The notes: generated from the letters alone by a model not told the origin. Positions 1 through 13,369 are shown, counted from the first letter of the stretch. The stretch is 64,000 nucleotides of DNA from Eledone cirrhosa (GCA_964016885.1 OZ024742.1:245086001-245150000); one strand, 5' to 3'. Made by a program: numbers and translations.

Positions 1-392
1 TGTCGGGTTGGTGTTAGGACGTGACTCAGTCTTAATTACATCTAACACTGCAGTAACTTCGGTAGAACTTAAAAAATTTATAAGATCGATAGTTGATACA
101 GGTTCGCAAACGTTGATAAAGACTAGTGACTTGACCATCTAGGAATTGTCACCAAATGTTCCTAATAAAGCTCAAGTCATTCTCTGCTCCTCCTAAGTTT
201 CTTTCCTGAACAATTTACATTAGGTCGTCAAGTATGAAATTTGTAGTGAGGCATTAACAAAGTTTATTTTTTCTACAAATTTCATAGTTGACGAGCCAAT
301 ATTTGCTGCGATAGTGTTGGCCTGCATCAACAAGTATTAGAGAGAAGCTCCTGCACCACTTATGACTTTTCCTTTTGTTTCTTTCAGTACTG

Positions 393-454
<62 letters not shown>

Positions 455-455
<1 letters not shown>

Positions 456-640
456 CGGGTAAAATTTCCGAGATCCATGGACGAGTTCTCTCCAGCGGTC
501 TCTGTCCCTCATTATCGCTGCCATGTCCTGCGTCTCCAAGAGACCAGTGTCTGTCCTTAGGGCATCAACATATGTCAAGTTCAGTCTCCCTCTTCCAGTG
601 TGTCCATGCAGGGGCTCCCACAGGAGCACTGAGTGCAGTG
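455..640 (-). mobile_element. RTE-type LINE C-terminal fragment
   Basis: VLLWEPLHGHTGRGR..TYVDALRTDTG..MRDRDRWR resembles RTE ORF ends. Confidence 0.65.
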
Positions 641-705
641 TCAACTCTGAATGTCAGTGAGCATGTCCAGCTAACCTCAGTTTCCTCAGTGCTACTCTCG
701 AGCTG

Positions 706-741
<36 letters not shown>

Positions 742-1965
742 GAAAGAAATGTATTGTATATCATAAGAAAGCTGGTGGCTAATAAATTAATAAAATAAAA
801 AATCTCGGTGTGTAAAGCCTTTCATTTTAGTTTTACAAATGAATGATATGAAATAACAGTACTAGTCTAGTTATAAGACTGTATCTGGGAGGTATGCTAT
901 TTCGTTCCTCTTAGCGGCCAATGGCAACTTCTTTTCCCGTCTCTAAGGGTCTTCACCCTATTTTATAGCATCTTCGCGTATGAGCACGCCACAGTTGGGC
1001 GTTTGTCGGTAGCGACGATTTGTGTTCCCGTTGATTCAATCAACTGAACAACCTGCTCGTGAAATTATCTAGCTAGTGACTGAGCATACCACGCATACAC
1101 GTGTACCCTTAAGGTAGTTCTCATGAGGAGGTTTGGCGTAACACATAGTGTAACAAGGCTGCCTCTTTAAATTACAGGTGCAACTAATTTTTTGCCAGCT
1201 GAATGGACTAGGGCCACGTGCAGTAGATTGTCTTGCACAAGGACACAACGTACTGCTGGGAATTGAACTGACAACTCTACTATCCTTAGCTGAATATTGT
1301 TCACGTACATCTAAGAGAATTTGTGGCTAATGCTCTATTACCACTAGGTTAATATTTGTAATTTAGAGCGAATTAAACTACTTTTTACATTATGAAATTG
1401 CAAATCCACGAGAAAACCAGTTTAACGGAAGTGAAAACAGTACGTTATGCTTCCAGATTGCCAAACTAAGATTTTGACAAATTCTCTCTAGGATATATAT
1501 TTTGGATTTCAGAATTTCGGACATTATCCAATGCAGTCTTAGATATTGTTAAGGCAGTAAGGTATGGTTTAAGGAAAATTATTTGCTATTTCTACCATGA
1601 CGTCACTCAGAAACCCTCTTGTTGGTTTGGATTTGTGTATTTACATAAAATAGTGCAGACGATGTATTTATTGCTTGTTTTAGTTATAAGCTGATTTTAT
1701 TTGAGTAATCTTCCTTACTTTTCTTTTTAGGCCTTAAACACCCCATATAGGGAGGGTTTTTGTATTAATTGCATTGAAATTTTCAACACACTATATTGCA
1801 TATCCAAGATCCTATCATAGTTATATTTATTATGCAGGACACTGAAGTATTTTTCTTTAACCATAATTGTTGATATTCATAATCAGCGTCCCTGCATTTT
1901 CTATTTCTGTATATATTTATATTAATAACTTTTACTTAGTTTTGCCTACAGAGTAGAATATGTTT

Positions 1966-2000
1966 CACTGAAGAGGTCTAGTAAGACTGAAACATGTCTG
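1966..2000 (+). ncRNA. Minimal hammerhead ribozyme motif with a weak stem I
   Basis: CA [CUGAAGA] GGUCU-agua-AGACU [GAAA] CAUG [UC] UG: canonical core, stem II, palindromic CAUG; only 2 bp of stem I. Confidence 0.55.
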
Positions 2001-2747
2001 TTGCGTTTACGAGTTAGTTTTAAAGACCAGATATACTCCAATTTCCATTGTCTATGTTATCCAAAACATTCGAAGTAGCAAACTTGAAGTAGCAGTAAAA
2101 ATGAAGACTTTTGTAGGTTCATATTTGATATAGAGGCTATTGGTTTCAGAATCTTAGTTCATTAATATGTCTGAACACCATTTCTTTATATATATATATA
2201 GATACACACACAAACATATGTTACAAATATATCTTTAATAATATATATAAAATCAATAAATACATGCATACAAACACACACTCATACATACATATGAACA
2301 TATACGTTAAATACATACGCATGTTTTTAATTTTTTTTTAGTGATTTCAGTTATTTGGGCGGCGACCATGCAATGGTTTCAGTTAATTGTATCGACCCTA
2401 GTATTTATTTTAGTTTTTTTACCTATTTTATGGATATTTATTTATTTTTCTGTGTGTCTGTGTGTCTGTGTACTTCGTTTTTGAATTTGTTTTGCAAGAT
2501 TTCTTATCTGAAAATGTGTGTTGAAACATTTATTGTTATATTTTAGGAGGGCCTTGCTGCCAATAAAACACACCTGGTGGTGTTTTACTTCAATTTATTA
2601 TCAATTTCCTGTTGGTTGGTTCGAACCAGCCAACCAACCGAAAACTTAAAATAAATTGAAGTGAAAACCACCAGGTACGTGTGTTTTTATTGTCAGCATG
2701 ACACTCCCAAAGTATAATTATATATACACACACACACACGCGCGCGC

Positions 2748-2823
<76 letters not shown>

Positions 2824-3008
2824 GAGAATGTTAAGTTTGCTTGAAGCATTGTGGAATAAGAAAAATAGTCGTTTTGGAAGACCCATCTGCATTGTTGAGG
2901 CTTCCAAAACGACTGTATTACATACATACATACACACACACACACACATACACACATGTATATATATGTGTGTATGTATATATATGTATATATATATATG
3001 TATATATA

Positions 3009-3143
<135 letters not shown>

Positions 3144-3275
3144 GTGAGGTTTTTTTTACAAAATGAAAAATAACCGAGGTGTCCTACACGAGTGGAAGTA
3201 TAAAGAAAAAGGGATGAAATCGAAAATGCAACTGAAGTCTTATTTTTTAAAAAATATATATATATTTATTTGGTT

Positions 3276-3313
3276 CCTTTACCGGTTTCGCAGTTCTTCT
3301 GCTTTTCAAAAGG
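3276..3313 (-). ncRNA. Identical minimal hammerhead motif on the opposite strand (left arm of the palindrome)
   Basis: + strand cctttaccggtttcgcagttcttctgcttttcaaaagg is the exact reverse complement of 3379-3416. Confidence 0.75.
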
Positions 3314-3378
3314 TGAGTTGAGATGGAGGGTCTGTGGTTTTTCTGTGAGAAAAACCACAGACCCTCCATCTCAACTCA

Positions 3379-3416
3379 CCTTTTGAAAAGCAGAAGAACT
3401 GCGAAACCGGTAAAGG
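3379..3416 (+). ncRNA. Minimal type-I hammerhead ribozyme motif (Penelope-type, U3:A8 variant)
   Basis: CCUU [UUGAAAA] GCAG-aagaa-CUGC [GAAA] CCGG [UA] AAGG: stem I CCUU/AAGG, stem II GCAG/CUGC, palindromic CCGG helix III. Predicted cleavage after 3412. Confidence 0.75.
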
Positions 3417-3486
3417 AACCAAATAAATATATATATTTTTTAAAAAAAATAAGACTTCAGTTGCATTTTCGATTTCATCCCTTTTT

Positions 3487-3541
<55 letters not shown>

Positions 3542-3889
3542 ATATTAACAAATGGAAACTGTATTTATAAAACCATATTTATTTTATTATACATATTTCA
3601 AGGGCCACCAAGGCAAATTATGGTGCGCTTTCATCAGATAAAATACAATACAGATTAGTTTTATAAATAAATATTGACATACCCTGAAAAAAAGACAACC
3701 TGAACGGTTGGAGCTTCCTGGATAGTGGAGATATTAGATTTATTGAGGGTGATATAAATATGGTTTTATGAATATAGTTTCCATTTGTTAATATATTGTA
3801 TATTTACTCCAATAACTTGTTGAGTGCTTTATATCAGTTATAAAAATATTTTTAAGCTTGTTGGATCCCATCAAATTAAATATAACCTC

Positions 3890-3931
<42 letters not shown>

Positions 3932-4219
3932 AATTCATATGTGCTTTGGATTACAAATTTCTATGATTTACTTTTTTCCAGGTGTTTCACATGTGTGAAT
4001 TCGTGCCTTTGTCCTTTACTGTCTGGTTAACTTATTCATCAATATCAGGTATAGCTTCTTTGTTTCTATTTCGTACACATCTAATGCTTCTATCATATAT
4101 TTGTTATTGTTAACTTTCACACGAAACTAACATAAACAATTGCTTGGCTTTTGTTCTATTATTCAAAGCATAGATCATTTGTATAGAATCAATCACTGTT
4201 TTAAATATTGTATATATGC

Positions 4220-4310
4220 TTCTCTCTCTCTCTCTCTCCCCCTCTCCCTATCTCCCCCTCTCCCTATCTCTCCCTCTTCCTCTCTCTCTCTCTTCCTCTC
4301 TCTCTCTCTC

Positions 4311-4350
<40 letters not shown>

Positions 4351-4448
4351 TCTTCCTCTCTCCCTCTCCCTCACTCTCTCTCCCTCTTCCCCTCTCTCTC
4401 TCCCTCTCCCTCACTCTCCCTATTCCTCTCTCTCCCTCTCCCTCTCTC
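4220..4448. repeat. (TC)n-rich polypyrimidine microsatellite; similar tract at 34098-34232
   Basis: Direct inspection. Confidence 0.95.
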
Positions 4449-4661
4449 TATATATGTATGCACATGCACATACATATATGTGTTTGTGTGTATATATACA
4501 CACTAATATAACACGTAAATAACAATATATTTTTTGGGGTATCTATATTTAGATACACACACCATCATTCCAGTGTTTTAAAAGTACTATATACCTCTAT
4601 ATCTATATACCTAACTAGCTATTGTGTGTGTGTGTGCGTGAAGACAGAAATATTTATGGCT

Positions 4662-4809
4662 CCTCTGCCGGATTTAGGACAAATGAGGTCCTGTGCTAGT
4701 TTAGGTATGAGACAGACCCCTTATATTTGAAAAATTCATCATAAAAAATTTGTTTGACAGGAAGACGGGGCCCTGTGCTCACCTAAGCACAATGGTAAAT
4801 CCAGCACTG
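4662..4809. mobile_element. Possible hAT-type MITE
   Basis: Imperfect TIRs ctctgccggattta / taaatccagcactg; no clear TSD. Confidence 0.45.
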
Positions 4810-5159
4810 TATCTCCTTAGTATAAAGGATAGTGTCCTTGCCTGGTCAGAAGTCAAAAAAAGATATATGGGTCAATTACTGTTGAAGAGGTACCACCACA
4901 TTTGTCTTTCAAATTGGATTGACGTGTCATCATCATCATTAACATCATCATTTAATGTCAATTTTCCCTGCTAGCAAGGATCAGACAGGTCTTCAGAGGT
5001 TGAGTTAGTATTCCAGTCGGGCTATGTGTATAAGGATTAATATTACTCAACTCAAATGACACAGTCCTTGGCTTGTCTAGGAAGACAGTAGCTCCATTAA
5101 ATACTGACTTAGTCTAGAATGATTTGTTCAAACTACGCCAACAGGGAACATGGACGTAA

Positions 5160-5720
5160 AATCATCATCATCATTTTACGTCCACTTTTCCCTGCTTGCA
5201 AGGGTCGGACGGGTCTTATTCAGTACAGCATCTCTCCACTTCTTCACCCATCGGTCATTCTACATGCGCATCACATGTCCATACCACCTCAGTCTCCTCT
5301 CTCGCACACTACATTCTATCCCTCTCAGACACAGTTTCTCTCTCAACACATTTATGCTCGGTCGTTCACGCACATTGACATTGCACATCCAACGGAGCAT
5401 GCTTACCTCATTTCTCTCCAGCTTTTGCATATCCTCTGCAGTTGCTGCCCATGTGTCACTACCATGCAGCATTGCGCTCCTCACACAGGGCATCATATAA
5501 CCGGCCTTTCGTACGCAGGGAGAAACCCTTCTTCGTCAGCAGCGGAAGCAGCTCCCTAAACTTCTTCCAACCCGTCCTTATTCTAGCTACTATGGCCTCA
5601 GAACCCCCCTCCCCCCTCCCTTGCTAATCTGATCACCTAGGTACTGGAAGCTATCCACCACTTCTATAGCACCCGCCTGCATTTGAAAAATGTGTCTATC
5701 AAATCGACTTCTACTGTCTA
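5160..5720 (-). mobile_element. RTE LINE 3' fragment (same family as 16196-19400) with an internal deletion
   Basis: Highly similar to 16200-16880; translation ...ERRLRWYGHVMRM; (ATG)n tail. Confidence 0.9.
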
Positions 5721-6277
5721 GGGGGAGTCTTGTACTCTCAGTCACATCACATTATGGAGACTGGGATAAGCACTGGCTTGATGAGACAGACTTTGGTATA
5801 GACACATACATATATATTATGCATACACACTTACATACATATACCTGTATGCACACATGCTTACCTATTTAAACTCCTGTATGTATATGTCACTGGTAAC
5901 ATATAATCCAGTACTGTGTTAGATCGGTGAGGAAGGTTGCTAGAAACCCAGTTGGACAAAATCAAGCCCTGTCAGAACGATGGCTAAACAAATCATTGAG
6001 TCAACAGCTATCTTGCCTCAGTGCATGAGGACACAGAAACACTTGAATTGGTGACCAAGAGTGTAGCAAAACTACTGAAAGTGATGGACCCATAGTTCTA
6101 GTCAGAGCATCCATCTAGCAGATACAAAACTCCAATTTCAAATTCTCACTGTTTTTGCAGGTAAGACTTGAGTAACCAATTGTCAGTGATAGATCTTCAG
6201 GTACGTGTCAAATAACCTCGCTATCCTGTAAATGTTAGGAATAGCATAAGACTAAAGAAAACAACTCTGGTAAATAT

Positions 6278-6463
6278 TTGTTTCTACTTTTGGCACAAGG
6301 CCAGCAATTATCCCAGTGTATTACTGGTACTTTATTTTATCGACCCCGTAAGGATGAAAGGCAAAGTTAACCTCAGCGGGATTTGAACTCAGACCATAAA
6401 GGACCGTAACTCTTTGCTGCAAAGTATCGCGTCCAACCCTCTATCGATACTGCCAATCCACCG
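6278..6463 (-). mobile_element. SINE family A copy
   Basis: Reverse complement of the 10571 consensus. Confidence 0.8.
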
Positions 6464-7829
6464 TTGGAGTAAAGTCCACAAATGGTTCTTTATCAACTCT
6501 TGTATCCTGTCTCATCTTCAACCATCTTAATTATGTCTTGTTGCTGGATTCAGATGAGCGAGGAAGATGGATGATAGTTATAAGTAGGGATAACTGAAGC
6601 TAAGTTACACACCATTTATAACTTTGGCACCAACTGATTCATAAACAGACAGTAGAACCTTTTTTATTACATTGACCAAGGTATCAATTACTAATGAATG
6701 AATATGAACGTGTTGTGAGGCAATTGTATTTTGGGATTATTAATTTCTTCAATGTCTATAAGTTTTAAATACTTTTTTAGTAAAAGAGTTGTCAGTAATA
6801 TCCTAGAAGATGTCACAAACTAGACCACATGAAATATATTTATGGCCGTAGCCCAAACTATTCTGTATTACTGAATCAGAACTGCCTAGAATTAGTTTTA
6901 AGATATCCAAAGGATCGCCAGCACCATAATAGTATGTATATATGATCCCATAACTCCTGGTGGAGTCATAGGGATACTGTAGTGATATCAGGCGTTTCTT
7001 AGGCAGTTTAAACCTGGAGAGCCCATCCTTCTTTAGATTTGAACACAGCCAATTTCTTACAGAGAAGGAGGGGGGTGAGAAAGAAATATAGTTAACCTCA
7101 GTGAGATTTGAACTCAGAGCACAGAGAGACAAAATGAATACTCAAAAACATTACTATTTGATGTTCTAATGACTCTGCCAATTCACCATTTCAACGCTAC
7201 AAAAGACAATCAATCAAATTAGAATCTGAGAATCTTTGGAGATATCTATAGATTGAGATGTTAGTTACTGGTTTTTCATTACCGTTAATTATCTCCCTCT
7301 CTTTCCCTCTCTTTTTGAGAGTGGTGGTGGAGGTAATTTTTCTTGAACCAACATTTTCATACCTGTTCTATAATCAAGTTCAACTTTTGGACTGATTACT
7401 CTCTATTTTCTATGTTGACTCTTGAACTTGACCTTTTGTCAGTATCATTTTTGTTTTTTTGTTATTGTAATCTTTTCTTTCTGACCACTGAGAGAGAAGT
7501 AAGAGATATTTATCTACCATTTCTGAAGTTTATCTTATTTATTGATGCAGACCTTGACCAGTTTTCTCATATCTTAAGTTGTTTTTTTCCTAGAGAATGT
7601 AGCTTTTAAATTGTTTTATTGAGGTTATTAAACATATTTATTTTATTGTTCATTTAAATTAATCAGTTGTATACAATAGAGTTTATATTTAGCCTGAACT
7701 GTTAGACTAAAACTGCCTGATCAACAAACTATGTCATAGTGTTCTAATGTTAAACTAAATGTAAACAAAACAAACTGACACTGAATTTAAATGAGTCAAT
7801 CTATTTTTCATATTCTACTTGTTATTGTT

Positions 7830-8020
7830 ATTTAATCAATCCTGATCCAATACACCTATGATAAAAGGCTCTCCATTCATAATCACCCTCTCTTTTAAAG
7901 AAAATATCTATCACTACATTATCGAATGTGTACTCTCCTTATATAAGATAGTTGGGTGTGATTTAAGGAAGATTTGGCTGCTATTTCTTGTAGATTCAGT
8001 GACTGTGTAGAGGCATCCTT
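7830..8020. repeat. Dispersed repeat family (gtgtgattt.a.g.agatttggctgctatttct..), also at about 1480-1625, 19740-19900, 35150-35315, 50200-50350 and 56960-57120
   Basis: Recurrent ~150-200-bp similarity seen by eye; class not determined (probably a SINE). Confidence 0.55.
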
Positions 8021-8384
8021 ATTAACTATTTAATCTTTTCATTGTTGTTGATTCTCTTTGTATTCAGACTAACCCTGATCAAATGTACTAATGATTAATG
8101 ATGTTTCAGTTTTTTTTATTCAGACATAATGTATCTTGGACTCCATTAGTCAATGTTTTGTAAGAGGTTAGGATAAGAGATCCATATTTCAAAGATTTTA
8201 TTAAAAGAAAATGATGCTACAGTTCAAATTCCAGCTCAAGTAACCACATCCCCATCCACTTACCTTAAGAAATCAAAAATGTAAAGATTATAAAACTAGT
8301 AATAGTTCAACTCCAGTCTAGAATTAATTTTCGTGTTTCTTCATACATTTTGTTTAACACAATAATTAAGATTTTCAGGTAATT

Positions 8385-8800
8385 TGGTCAATAGCGAATA
8401 CAAGCAGCTGAAATGGGATTTCTCCTAAGGGTCTTTGGAGTGACATTACTCAATAGAGTGCAGAACTCAGAGATCAGAGACTTGCTCCAAGTAGAGCCAC
8501 TATTTCTCCAAATTGAGAGATCACAGCTCTGATATTATGGGCTTGTGGTTAGAATGTCTCAGGAAAGAATCGCTGGACAGATTTTGCGGGAAAAACCACC
8601 TGGCAAGAGACCCAGGAGTAGACCCCGAGCAAGATGGTTGGATAACATCCATGAACTTGACAGGTCTTGTTTGGGGATCCAGCCGGATCAGTTGGAGGCA
8701 GTTGCTTCTGAGAGGACCTGCTGGAAGGAGTGTTTGAGGAGTCTGCTCCATGACCCTCTCAGAAATAAGTGGGCAAAGATTAAGAATAATAAGAAGGTAG
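8385..8800 (+). mobile_element. RTE-type LINE 3' fragment (second family)
   Basis: RIQAAEMGFL.RVFGVTLL.RV.NSEIR...ERSQL.YYG...GKRPRSRPRARW; homologous to 26953-27512. Confidence 0.8.
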
Positions 8801-9114
8801 TTTACTTGTTCTCTTTGAATGATGAAGTTCATCAATAAAAGTGTTTGAGCTGAGAGTTGTTATTGGAATCTGGAACTCAAAGAAAAAGATAATAAATTAT
8901 CTCTTGAGCCAGTGATTGGTATATCTGACTGTATACTTAACTATTTCTCCTGGAGATATCAAGCATCATGACATTTTATTTTAGTAAAAACAAACTTGCT
9001 ATTACACTATAGTCTCATTCCAGTTCTTCAGCTTCTCTACTAAGGAATCACTTTTGCATGCACATATAACTAGGAGAAATTACCAGAAAGTTATAGGTGT
9101 CAACTAGAGAATGG

Positions 9115-9501
9115 CATTCATTACCATATTTCTAATGAAAGACACCATGATTTTCAAATATTTTTGAAAATAATCAAGAAAATGTATGGATTTAGAAGTA
9201 AATGTATGAATTTAGAAGTAGATGTATGGATTTAGAAGTATAACTAGCTTTTTTGTTATCATATTTTCATATTTCTAATAAAATATATTGCCTATGGTTT
9301 TCAAATATTTTTGAAAATAATTGAGAACTTGGAAAGATTTAATTATATAACTAATTTTCTTGTTATTAAGCTGGTGTTTGGTACATAACTTAACAGAATT
9401 ATGATTGAAGGTTTTTAGATAAATATAAACATTTTAAAATGAATAATTTTATATCATGGAGCCAGGGGCGGTTTCAGGCAGTTGGGTATCAAAAGGATTA
9501 A
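9115..9501. mobile_element. Possible second TTAA-type MITE family with internal duplication
   Basis: Right end ...gggtatcaaaagga-TTAA; 9125-9185 duplicated at 9268-9330; 3 x 20-bp internal repeat; left end unclear. Confidence 0.45.
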
Positions 9502-10570
9502 AAAGAAGGAGCCAATTATGAAGGTATCAGTTAAGGGAGAGAGTGAATTGAAAGAATTACCCCCAAAAGAGCATTTTTCTAACGAGATTCAGGAAGGTTC
9601 TGTGACACTAAATCTAACAATGCTGACTCCCAATATTGTCTGATTGGTTATTTTGGATTGTCCATTTCTTCTAGGGTTAGTTCTGTTTAGCAAATTTTGC
9701 AGTTCCCTAAACGTGAGTTGAATCCCTCTATCACTCTGTATAGAACTGTATAGTCTGACCCAAGGAAAAAAATAGCACTTTGTGACATCAAACTTTCAGA
9801 GATGATATCAGGTCAAATAAAAACAAAAGGATAATATGAGCATCCATCAACTGTTCCTAAAAGACATTTTTTTCAAAATACCAACCGTTTAGGTCCCACA
9901 AATTCAATGAGATCTGTTTCATAGCTTGTATGCTCATTAGATGGTATTGATGTGTAGGACTGTAAAATGTATGTTCTAGCTCCAAGCATATCTGGTAGTT
10001 ATAATAAGTTTTTCAAACAATCTTTTCACACATGGGTAATGTAATTCATTGTAAATACATTGAAGAAATCTGAATTTTGATTAATCAGATTAGCATACTA
10101 AAGGCAAGACATAATTCTCTTCTTCACATTGATAGAAAATGTCAAGATTGTATAAACAGTTTGATCCTTTATCATAATAATTTGTCATTCTTTACTTTTA
10201 CATTTATGGTATGGTAGGGTATGGTTCTTTAACTCCTGATGGAATCATAAAGATGCTGGTGTTTCTTGGGCATTTTTAAACCTGGCAGAGCCCATCCTTC
10301 TTTATGTCTGAACACAGCAGATTTTTTCCAGAGAAGGATTGAGAGTGAGAGAAAGTGAGAAAGAGATATAGAGCAAGAATCGACCACAGTACTGGACCAG
10401 TACATTTGTTTATCGACCTTGAAAGGATGAAAGGTAAAGTTGACTACAACAAGATTTGAACTCGGGGAGAAGAGAACCAGATTGAATACTGTAAAGCATT
10501 CTACCTGATGTTCTAACAACTCTGCCAATTTGCTACCTATTCACATTTATAAGATATTATAAAACACAAA

Positions 10571-10760
10571 GGCGGTGAATTGGCAGTATCGGTAGACGGT
10601 CGGACGCCATGCTTTCTAGCATAGTTACGTCCCTTTACGGAATGAGTTCAAATCCCGTCGAGGTTAACTTTGCCTTTCATCCTTACGGAGTCGATAAAAT
10701 AAAGTACCAGTAATGCACTGGGTGATTGTTGGCCTCGTGCCAAAAGTAGAACCAATTATT
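10571..10760 (+). mobile_element. tRNA-derived SINE family A
   Basis: ggcggtgaattggcagtatcggtag...gagttcaaatccc..gaggttaactttgcctttcatccttacgg.gtcgataaaataaagtaccagt; more than 10 copies in the window. Confidence 0.85.
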
Positions 10761-11288
10761 AAACACAAATGAGAGGTTTTATAGTTTATGGATCTAAACC
10801 CATGCTAGCGTGGAAGATAGACGTTAAACGATGATGATGATGATGATGATGATGAATGAGAGCAAAGTGTCCCCTTAAAAGGTAGTGTTGTCTTTTATCT
10901 ATGCAATCAACAATTCCGGCTACTGTATTTCTTCTCAAAAGATGTATACAGCAATTCACTTTGGGAAGAGAGCAAAAGATAAAGGAAAAAAAAAATCGAT
11001 TGTTATGATGCTGCAGGTAGAGCAATGTCTAATATATTGATCTCAACTGTATGTTGAATGGAGTTGTCTATAGAAAGAAGGCAAATATTTTCAATGTTAA
11101 TTTTAATATTTTAAAGTAGTAACATGATAAGGAATTGTGAAAGCCTTATATTCCATCAAGGATCTTACTTTATCTGAAAATTATACTAATCATTTGTTGT
11201 AATGAATTAGCACAAGTATTAGACTAACACTCTAACAAATAGGGCACACATTTTCACAAATATAAGTATCATCATCATCACCGTTTAA

Positions 11289-11498
11289 CCCTTTAATGTT
11301 AAAACCGGCCAGAATTCTCTACCTTTTTCTGTTGAAACTGGCTGTAACTGGTCACTCAAACTGATGTTAAGGTATTGTTAACAAAATAAATAATTTCAAA
11401 ACCTCATAGATTCCATATTATGTGAGATAATTATGCGAGCTAAAGCCTTTACCATGAAAATACAATAGTACATATAGAGTAATGTGAATGCTAAAGGG
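11289..11498 (-). mobile_element. TTAA-specific (piggyBac-type) MITE, ~220 bp
   Basis: CCCTTTA...TAAAGGG termini with TTAA on both sides; removal restores the RTE tail ccgtttaa|cgtcc. Confidence 0.88.
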
Positions 11499-12056
11499 TT
11501 AACGTCCATTTTCCATGCTTACATGGGTTAGACGGTTCGTCCATGCTGGGTATTTTACAGCAGAATGCCCTTCCTAACACCAACCACATTTACATTGTAG
11601 AATTGGATGGCCACGTTATGAGGAGGGACAAGCCGGTTGGCTGCGCTGACCCCATCTCACAATGGAACCTAATTTTCAGAGTTGGGGCTCTCTCATAGTT
11701 TTGGAGCCCGGTACTTGATGTCACCGATACAGAAAAAAAATATATATGTATTAAGCTTGTTGAATCCCAACAAATTAAATATAACTTTTGCATATATGTA
11801 TATATATTTATATTTATGTATGTATATATATTTATATATTTATATGTATATGTATGTATATGTATGTATATATATATATGTATGTATATGTTTATATATA
11901 TAAACATATATATATGTAAACATATATGTATGTATGTAAACATATATGTATGTATGTATATATGTATATATATATATATGTATATATATCTATGTATGTA
12001 AACATAAATGTATATATGTATATAAGTATGTACATATATATGTGTGTATATATATA

Positions 12057-12092
<36 letters not shown>

Positions 12093-12807
12093 TATGTATA
12101 TATGTATGTATATATATTGTTATACTTGGGGAGGGTCATATTTATGTAATATTACCAGAATTAATAACAGAACACACTCACTGTTTGGTTGGTTTTCGCT
12201 TTTCGCTTCTGTGCCTTTTATATCGGTTAATTTAATTTATTCGGCCCTCAATGTTGCCATTGACTGACCAACGGTCAAAAATACAGATACAATATAGACA
12301 CAAACACGACACACGATTTCATATCAAAAACCTCGCAAAACTAATTCATCGCCGTTATATATAGGCATGTAAACATATGTGTATGTATGTATATATATAT
12401 GTATGTATATATGTATGTATGTATGTATGTATGTAGATATATATGTATGTAGATATATATGTATGTATATATATATGTATGTATGTATATATGTATGTAT
12501 GTAGATATATATGTATATATGTATGTATGTAGATATATATGTATGTATATATATATGTATGTAGATATATATGTATGTATATATATATATGTATGATCTT
12601 TTGTTTAACCTGTTTGGCTTGCTTCGTTTTTTGACTCCAGTGGCTGATAGCTTCATGACCGGCATTTTCAGTCTGTGCAGCCTCGATAACCTATGTTAAT
12701 TGCTCTGGTCTTCGTTTAGTCCATTGAGTGGTTGGCACATATCTAGAAAATTGCGTTTCGCTTTGTTTTTGATCACAGCTGAAATACGATCTCGCTGAAA
12801 TTATATT

Positions 12808-12858
<51 letters not shown>

Positions 12859-12954
12859 ATATATATGTGTATATATATATATATATGTATATATATGTGT
12901 ATATATATATATATGTATGGATATATATATGTATGTATATAAATATGTATGTAT

Positions 12955-12995
<41 letters not shown>

Positions 12996-13088
12996 TGTAT
13001 GTATATATATATATGTATGTATATATATGTGTGTATATATATATATATGTATGGATATATATATGTATGTATATAAATATGCATGTAT

Positions 13089-13129
<41 letters not shown>

Positions 13130-13265
13130 TGTATGTATATATATATATGTATGTATATATATGTGTATATATATGTATGTACATATATATGTATGTATAT
13201 ATGTATGTACATATATATGTATGTATATATGTATGTATGTATATATGTATGTATATATATATATG

Positions 13266-13298
<33 letters not shown>

Positions 13299-13314
13299 GT
13301 ATATATATGTATGT

Positions 13315-13369
<55 letters not shown>

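Larger units (their letters stand above)
3199..3493. repeat. Near-perfect palindrome, ~146-bp arms, 3-nt loop (GTG 3345-3347), lying between (TA)n tracts
   Basis: Arms 3199-3344 and 3348-3493 are reverse complements and differ only in T/A-run and (TA)-run lengths. Confidence 0.95.

Noticed and set aside
12620-12675. CUGAAAA...GAAG hammerhead-like text on the minus strand
   Set aside because: Core mismatches and no stem I pairing.
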